From: Takakia lepidozioides
Taxonomy: Eukaryota; Plantae; Bryophyta
NCBI GenBank assembly: GCA_030704615.1
Contig: JAKLZA010000127.1
Location: 1-6,000 of the forward strand
Direction of reading: 5' to 3'
DNA: 6,000 bases
In this document: piece after piece, positions 1 to 6,000 of the stretch
Layout: the number at the start of each line of letters is the position of its first letter
Numbering within the stretch: the stretch's first letter is position 1
Notes under the pieces: generated by a model
The model's input: only the letters and a program-made list of their open reading frames with translations
Told to the model about the DNA's origin: nothing
Database searches by the model: none
Made by a program: the position numbers and the translations under genes

Positions 1-613
1 AATCAAGAATTATTTGAGCAATGATTGGACCGGACACAATGATCGGAGACTTTGCAGCAGTGCCCTGTAACCTCTTCATCTCGTCCACCAATCCATTGTA
101 CATTAACTCTGCCCAAGCAACATCCTCTCCCCTCAAAGCTTTCAGGATCTCATCTGTGAAGGACCTGCTCAAATACTATTGGTTCTGTTTCATGGGAAAC
201 AGAACATTCAAGATTTGTCCAACTTCTCTAAGCCCTGGGTACTCCGCCTTAGTACAAGCAAAACCTTGAGTTTTAAAGAAACTCCCTTGTTGGAACAGAT
301 TCCCTATCTGCAATCTTGCCCTGTACTCATCCACATTCACATGTCCTGATGGCAAATCAAACAGTTGCTGCAGGTACTGGGGAGTAATTTCTATATCTAC
401 TCCCCTCACCTGAGTAACTCCTATCCGAGGCTCAAAGTTTTGAAGAAATTGTATCATGAACTATCGATGATGCAAGGACCAGTCTTTGCGTAGCAATCCC
501 TCCAATCGCAGCTCCTTCAGTAGCTGCACCGCCTATGGTGCAGCGATCATTTGCTTCTGTAAGATTGTGGTGCTTTTCACCCTGTTATCTTCCATTCCTC
601 TCACTCTCTTCAT
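1..613 (-). pseudogene. Decayed ORF resembling plant retrotransposon-associated accessory proteins (Transposase_32 / Athila ORF1-like); runs off window start
   Basis: One frame from ATG at 613: MKRVRG...AAP*AVQLLKELRLEGLLRKDWSLHHR*FMIQFLQNF...QVRGVDIEITPQYLQQLFDLP...NQ*YLSRSFTDEILKALRGEDVAWAELMYNGL...GPIIAQIILD. The F-x-x-N...VRG...I-x-x-x-x-L-x-x-LF-x-LP and G-x-x-V-x-W patterns recall that family. The family assignment is by eye only. Confidence 0.5.
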
Positions 614-1073
614 TTTGGACAAACAGACAGGTTTTGGTTGCAACAACTGAAGAAACGCCTGCAGGGCACAAAACATAAAAGTATGGTTGGCGCAGAATGA
701 AATGGGTAAGTGCTTGTAAGCCTGTGGGGCTTGCAAGTAGCGATTTAGAGAAAATGTACTCTCCGTTCGTCTGTCCTTGTGCCACTGCGTAAGTAGTAAG
801 GCGAGCGTGTAATCTGTTATTTCCGCCATAGCTTCAAAGCTATAGCTTTGATTGTCTCTCCTGACGAGACGCCCGTTACTTGGAACGACGCCGACTCTTG
901 CGCTCAGAATCCCTCCATTTTCTTGATTTCGTTTCTTGGAAATTACCCTCTGCAGATAATTCTGGCTGGTGATTGGCTGTTGGCTGTGTGATTTGTTTTG
1001 TAATTTAATTTCCTCCCATGGATTTTCCACTCTGGTCTGTCCACTAGGATAGCACATGTGACATGGATTTCGC

Positions 1074-1163
1074 TTGTCGTGCGCATACGTATCGCTACAT
1101 AACTACATCGCTGTCCAAACCACACCACACATATATGCACAATAAAGTAGTCTGCCACAATCG
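1074..1163. repeat. 90-bp direct repeat, copy 1 (pairs with 1538-1627)
   Basis: ttgtcgtg...ctgccacaatcg; 88/90 identical, differences at 1082/1546 (C/T) and 1147/1611 (G/A). Confidence 0.97.
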
Positions 1164-1417
1164 ATAGAATAAGCTAAGAGACACACTGTTCACACCAGAA
1201 ACAACATGAAATCCATCGCTATCACTCGTTAAAATAGAAGTCGAGCTAGGGGCACCCCAAGCTATGGGGACTCCACTCCACAACAACCTATACTCCCATC
1301 ATAAGCACACTCAGTCCTAAACGATGCAGGAGCTCGGTCGCGCAGGCTCAACTCGAGAGAGATGAACTGCGCGATTGCCACTCTCGTGAAGATAAGGCGG
1401 TTCAGGTGTCAAACTAA

Positions 1418-1462
1418 ACTTGACACCTGATTTAACACTTGACACCTGATTTAACACTTGAC
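1418..1462. repeat. 19-bp tandem repeat (acttgacacctgatttaac, ~2.4 copies) overlapping an inverted-repeat cluster at 1402-1510
   Basis: Units at 1418-1436 and 1437-1455, with a partial unit at 1456-1462. Confidence 0.92.
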
Positions 1463-1537
1463 CTAAATCCAAGTGTTAAATACAAATAACTAGATTTATT
1501 CTAGTTGTTTTCACACTGTGCTTATTTAACTTGACAG

Positions 1538-1627
1538 TTGTCGTGTGCATACGTATCGCTACATAACTACATCGCTGTCCAAACCACACCACACATATAT
1601 GCACAATAAAATAGTCTGCCACAATCG
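1538..1627. repeat. 90-bp direct repeat, copy 2 (pairs with 1074-1163)
   Basis: Same sequence at an offset of 464 bp; abuts the PPT G-run. Confidence 0.97.
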
Positions 1628-1636
1628 CCCCCCTAG
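1626..1636 (-). promoter_or_regulatory. Polypurine tract (plus-strand primer)
   Basis: Minus strand reads CTAGGGGGGCG then AT then TGTGGCAG: a G-run immediately before a TG start, ~250 bp downstream of the pol stop. Confidence 0.75.
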
Positions 1637-1883
1637 CTGGTGGGTAGGTACCTCTACCTCCAGATAGCTACAAGATGTAATAGCCACAGCCGTACTAAGT
1701 CCTCTATCACTGTCCCTATTGCACTCAAACCCTATAGACCAAGAGGCCGGGTACAAGAGTAGCCCCATCGTTAGTCGCCGTCTTGCAATTTGTGAACTTG
1801 AGCCTGGACCTCGTGTGTTCAAGGTCTCCTAGTAGCTGGGCCTTGCGTTTCTTGTTAGCCTTCCATGGTTGTATCCACTCCCA

Positions 1884-3165
1884 CTATCCAATGCAATGTG
1901 GACATAACCAATCCCCATCCGGAACCATCTCAAGAGGTGGAGTCAAGCATCCCATATGCCAACCTCTACAGCATCGATCACACACCAGCATGGTGGCTGC
2001 CCCTCTAGCAGACCCACACAACATGCACCTCAAACCTGCAGATACCACTGCCAAGTTTGGGTCTATCCTGCCATCGACATTCGGAAGGTGACATGGCGCA
2101 CAATTACGCACATGGTCCTTCCAAGTTATGCCATCCCGACCCTCCAAGACCAAGACGCCTGAGGGCAAGACCTCTCGAACCCTCAAAATAACACGTCCTG
2201 CAGTCACATCCAAGGTCGTAGGAGCATGCTGCATAGCAGGGTTGAATCTCCGAACCCCAGGACGATAGCCCCCACCACGTATGGTAGCATACCTCAACGT
2301 ATCACGGTGTTGTGCAATGGCAAGGTTCTCGAAAGCCATGGGCATGACTTTCTTGAACAACTCTGCACGCTGCTCACATGCACGTGCCCACACATCCGGA
2401 TCGTCAAGGTTAAGAACTGTAGCAGCTTCTCTGCGAATGGATGTAGGCAAATCCGGCTCTCGGCCAAAGAGAAGAAAGTATGGTGAGAAGGAGGCAAGTG
2501 ATGCTTGCTTGCTGAACCTGTAGCCCATGGCTAACCAGGTAACTGAAGGTCCCAATCTCCTAGGTGTCCCTTCTGCAAGCCATACTTGCGCAAACCCCTC
2601 TTTACTGTCTGAACAACTCTCTCTGCCAAGCCATCGGCCTCAGGATGATCCCGAGAAGTGGTGCGGTGGTCTATCAAGGCCTTGTCACACAAAGCCTGAA
2701 ACTCCCCCAAGAACTCTCTCCCTTGGTCCGTGAGTACCTCAGCTGGAGCACCGAATCGGCTAAGCACACAATCCAAGAATGCATACGCAGCTCCCTCACT
2801 AGCCTTATCAGGCAATGGAACCAACTCAATCCACTTGGAGAAGTGCTCCACCATCACCAACACGTACTTGTTGTGGCGCATGGTCAGTGGCAACGGCCCT
2901 GCGAAGTCAAGACTCCACCTGTAGCCCAATCCCATGATCGGAAGAGGGTGCAATTGTGGAGTAGGGGCGTTGAATGAAGCACGCACCCTGTCACACACCA
3001 TGCACCTAGCCACAAATTGTTGCACCTCTGTGTGCATACCACGCCACCAATACTGCCCTGCAGTAGACTATGAGTGCGTCGCACCCCAAAATGCCCCAAC
3101 TCCTCATGGGCATGCCGCACTAACCGTGCCCGCTGTGTGGGTGAGGCACAATCCTCACTCACCAT
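1884..3165 (-). CDS. pol: pol: integrase (HHCC zinc finger, DDE core, GPY/F-like region, C-terminal PHD); frameshifts near 3160-3135, 3057 and 2537
   Basis: HEELGHFG...CMVC (HHCC). WSLDFAGP / LTDQGREF / DGLAERV give the D, D(34)E triad. FSPYFLLFGREP follows. Stop TAG at 1886-1884. Confidence 0.93.
1893..2027 (-). other. PHD finger (Cys4-His-Cys3) at the integrase C-terminus
   Basis: CMLCGSARGAATMLVCDRCCRGWHMGCLTPPLEMVPDGDWLCPHC has the full C4HC3 pattern, the hallmark L-x-PPL-x-x-VP-x-G-x-W-x-CP-x-C tail, and is in frame with the integrase C-terminal region. Confidence 0.95.
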
Positions 3166-4997
3166 CCTCCCACACTCGGAGCAGGTGTGTCCCCTCCCAC
3201 TTGAACCTCTTGGCTCGTTGTAGGATCCGATCCCTCTCCTTGGCAGTCACAGTGGCTGCAGTGTCTCCAGTGCGGAGGTAGTCCAACACAACTGAATCCT
3301 CATGTATATCTTTGGCGCCACCTTGCTCATTGCTGGCCTCAGGGTCCTCAGACACTTGATCTACAGTCATCCCTGTTGCAGGTCCAACCTGGCCTTCCGC
3401 TGCCAAGATACACAGAAATGCAGATGCATGCCATCCGGGCACCATCTCCTCGTCCGTCTCACCATGCCACCGAGCTCCAGTGTCATCCTGTTGGCTCGTG
3501 CATGGATTGCGACTCAACCCATCTGCATTGCGATTGACCAAACCCGGTCGATGCACCACCTGAAAGTCATACTCTTGAAGGATGAGTGCCCACCGTGCAA
3601 GCTTCCCCGTAAGCTTGTCTGACTCCATCAACCACTTGAGTGGTTGGTGATCCGTGACAAGGGTGAAGAGATTGCCGTATAGATAGCACCTGAAGTGTGC
3701 CACGGCCCACACTGCAGCTAAGCATTCTCCCTCATATGAGCTATACTTAGACTCTGCAGCATTGTTCGAGCGGCTAGCATAAGCCACTACGAACTCTCTT
3801 CCCTCATCATCCACCTGTGTGAGCACCGCTCCAAGCCCCAGCATGCTCCAATCTGTATGCAGCTGAAAAGGACGCCCCCTGATAGGTCGTCTCAAGATGG
3901 GCGCCGAGGTCAACCTCGCCTTGAGCTCTTGAAAAGCTTGTTCTTGCTCATCTTCCCACTGCCACTCCTGGTCCACCTTGGTCAGCTTGGTTAGAGCCTT
4001 TGCAATGGCACTAAATCCCTTAACAAACCGTCTGTAATAGTTTGCTAACCCCATGAAAGCTCGAACTCGGCTCACATCCGTGGGGCGTGGAACCTGTGCA
4101 ATGGACTCTACCTTAGTCTGCTGTACCCCCAATCCTCCAGGATATATCATGTGACCCAGATACTCAATCTGGTTGTGGAAAAACTTGCACTTGCCCGGAT
4201 GTAACTTCAATCCGTGCGTCCTCAAGCGCTCAAATACCCCCTGAAGGTGTCTCTCATGCTCCTCCACCGTAGCACTAAAGATGATGATGTCATCTATGTA
4301 GCACCGAGCAAACTCCACCCCTGCTAGAATCCTGTCCATGACTCTTTGAAACTCAGCGGGAGCGTTTTTAAGCCCAAATGGTAAGAACCGCCACTGGTAT
4401 AGGCAATCCTTCCCGTGCTCATTGATCCCCCAGAATGCCGTCTTTTGCTTATCCGCCTCCTTGATCGGCAACTGGTGATATCCGGATCGTAAATCCAACG
4501 TGCTAAAGACCTTGGAATGCCCAATGGCATCAAAGATCTCCTCTGGTGGGCATGGCATACCTATCGGACTTGGTCTGACGATTTACAGGCCGGTAATCAC
4601 CGCACATACGTCTCTCCGTCCAATTGCCATAGACATCCTTCTTGGCTGGCATCACTGTGGCTGAAGCATACTCTCCACCAGAGAGCTCCACCAAACCTGC
4701 CTCCCAGAGATCTTGAGTCCTCATCTGAATCAAAGACCTCTCCATGTCACTGTATCTATAGGGTCTCCGAAAGATTGGCGTGTCAGTGGCCAATTCAATA
4801 CGGATCTCTTGACCCTTCAGTGCTCCCAAGTCCTTCAAACTGAAGGCAAAGCAATTCCTGTAAGCCCTCAGGAACCGCCGTATACGTCGTCTCTCTCCTC
4901 CGGTGACAATGGGTCCAATGTCAGGCTCCCAATTGTCCTCCGTAACTGCAACCTTAAGTCCAGTGGGCTTAGAGGTAGAGGACGCGTCCCGTGGTTG
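3155..4997 (-). CDS. pol: pol: reverse transcriptase + RNase H (one frameshift near 4550)
   Basis: RT motifs PIFRRPYRYS, RMCGDYRPVN, LDLRSGYHQL, LPFGLKNAPAEFQ, YIDD (4300-4289), KCKF...YLGH. RNase H motifs LHTDWS (D at 3853-3851), YSSYEGECLA, TDHQPL, NADGLSR (to ~3509). The frame of ORF 4530..4838 is open upstream to 4997. Confidence 0.95.
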
Positions 4998-5299
4998 CTA
5001 TGCTGCAACCTCTTGAGCAGTACTCCCTTCCTGCTCAGTCAATGACAAGGCCTCATCCTGCCCCATCATCTCATCATTGAGAACCTCCTCATCCCGAGAA
5101 GAATCCCCAACCTCATCCATCACAGCTGCCTTGGCTGCCAACTCCCTCTGAACCTCGAGCACCTCCCACGTGTGCCATGGATGTCTACACCCCGTGGTCC
5201 TCACCGGCTCGCCCCGCTGCCTGTACCGTCTCGGTAGGCAGAGAGACCGTCAAGGGAAGTGCACTCCGCACTCTACGTTGCTCAGCCATAGCCAAGCTG

Positions 5300-5998
5300 A
5301 TAATCCAGGTCAAGCAATTGAGATCCATTGCTTGCCCCAACACCTGACGACGTGATGCCTCAGAAAGAGAAGGCACCGCCGTGGTCCCAGTGGAAAACCC
5401 CATAGCCCGCTCTCGCTCGTCGGCATTAGGCTCCACTAACTGCTGCAACTGAGCATCCCACAGGAGGCCAGGTCCACCATCCCGAAAAGCATGGGATCCT
5501 GGGAAGCTGAGCAGTGTAGGTAATGTTGCTCGTGGTTGACCCACCCTGTTGACCACTGCCAAAGGCGAACGGTCATCGTGTCTCACACGTTGAGACTGCC
5601 TCCCTGTGTCCAAAATGTCATCCACGGTGAGGTGTGCTGGCCGCTGCACCCCATCAAATGCACCTTGAGCAGTGCGGGTGGCATCAAGTTAGTCCACCAA
5701 AGCCGTGGACGATGAGCCCGTGACCCCACTGCAGCTGCATCCAGCAACACTGCTGACCCAAGCCACGACCGGACTTGATGCACACTGGCCATCACCCTGG
5801 CCCGAGAATCACCCATCAGTGGCACATTCTCCAAGATGTATGCTGGAGATACAGCTTGATGAAGCTGCAAGGGCGCAAAACCCGCACCATCTCCCAAAAC
5901 AGACCCGTCCTCGAGTCTCGCAATCCATTGCCATGCCCGGCTGATGAATGCCCTTGGCAGGGCCAACCTGCCACTACCAGATCAATGGAGCCAACCCG
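5300..5998 (-). pseudogene. C5 cytosine DNA methyltransferase domain (DNMT3-like) within the pol region; split by two apparent 1-nt deletions (~5872, ~5663); N-terminal motifs I-III beyond window
   Basis: Manual translation from 5998 (frame absent from the ORF track): RVGSIDLVVAGWPCQGHSSAGHGNGLRDSRTGLFWEMVRVLR, with motif IV PCQ at 5962-5954. Next frame: YILENVPLMG (motif VI, ENV 5831-5823) and VLLDAAAVGSRAHRPRLWWTNL (motif VIII, RPR 5711-5703). Next frame: EPNADERERAMGF (motif IX, to 5395) and RRQVLGQAMD (motif X, to 5323). Confidence 0.92.
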
Positions 5999-6000
5999 CT

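Larger units (their letters stand above)
1057..1623 (-). repeat. Candidate 3' LTR (~567 bp)
   Basis: Starts TGTGGCA just after the PPT and ends TGTCACA on the minus strand (6/7 terminal inverted repeat). The partner LTR is not in the window, so the distal boundary is inferred; an alternative end is 1075. Confidence 0.6.
1057..6000 (-). mobile_element. Ty3/Gypsy LTR retrotransposon, 3' portion (DNMT-RT-RNaseH-INT-PHD-PPT-3'LTR); continues beyond window end
   Basis: Domain order RT-RNaseH-integrase on the minus strand is the Gypsy order. It is followed by a G-rich PPT and a TG...CA bounded segment. Left boundary inferred from the terminal inverted repeat TGTGACA (1057-1063, +) / TGTGGCA (1623-1617, -). 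Confidence 0.95.

Noticed and set aside
614-1057. Upstream part of ORF 533..1057 as coding sequence
   Set aside because: No recognisable domain and a UTR/intron-like composition, including a possible minus-strand splice acceptor near 659-680. Only the part from ATG 613 is treated as coding.
1074-1627. CRISPR array or bacterial terminator interpretation of the repeats and hairpins
   Set aside because: Only two long repeats and directly abutting 19-mers with no spacers, in a eukaryotic retroelement context.
943-1822. Small minus-strand ORFs sharing LWQT(T/I)LLCIYVWCGLDSDVVM
   Set aside because: The shared peptide is a by-product of the 90-bp DNA repeat, not evidence for paralogous genes.
1725-1883. 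Open frame continuing ~52 codons past the pol stop (includes KKRK)
   Set aside because: No domain similarity and no readthrough context after that TAG; the PHD ends naturally just before the stop.
5600-5625. DDILDTGR as a retroviral aspartic protease active site (LDTG)
   Set aside because: It lies between MTase motifs VIII and IX and aligns by eye with the DNMT3A segment LQECLEHGR. It lacks the preceding hydrophobic strand and the A/S after DTG.
1783-5944. Numerous plus-strand ORFs of 60-137 aa
   Set aside because: They are antisense shadows of the pol coding region with no recognisable motifs.
5300-5998. Bacterial restriction-modification methylase or host DRM gene
   Set aside because: It is contiguous and co-oriented with Gypsy pol, shows no evident introns, has DNMT3-like motifs VIII-X, and lacks the DRM motif permutation.

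Overview
Positions ~1057-6000 are the 3' part of a Ty3/Gypsy-type LTR retrotransposon on the minus strand; gag, protease, primer-binding site and 5' LTR lie beyond position 6000. Joining the minus-strand frames across several small frameshifts gives an unusual pol layout: a C5 cytosine DNA methyltransferase domain of DNMT3-like type (catalytic motifs IV PCQ, VI ENV, VIII RxR, IX and X all present), an acidic linker, one in-frame TAG in a CAR-YYA readthrough context, RT (YIDD), RNase H, integrase (HHCC, DDE, GPY/F-like) and a C-terminal PHD finger where chromoviruses carry a chromodomain. A polypurine tract and a candidate ~567-bp 3' LTR follow; the LTR has a 90-bp internal duplication and a hairpin cluster. 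Positions 1-613 hold a decayed minus-strand ORF resembling plant transposon-associated proteins, broken by three in-frame TAG codons. The host is probably a streptophyte (inference). The main point of interest is a retroelement encoding both a DNA-methylation writer and a histone reader.
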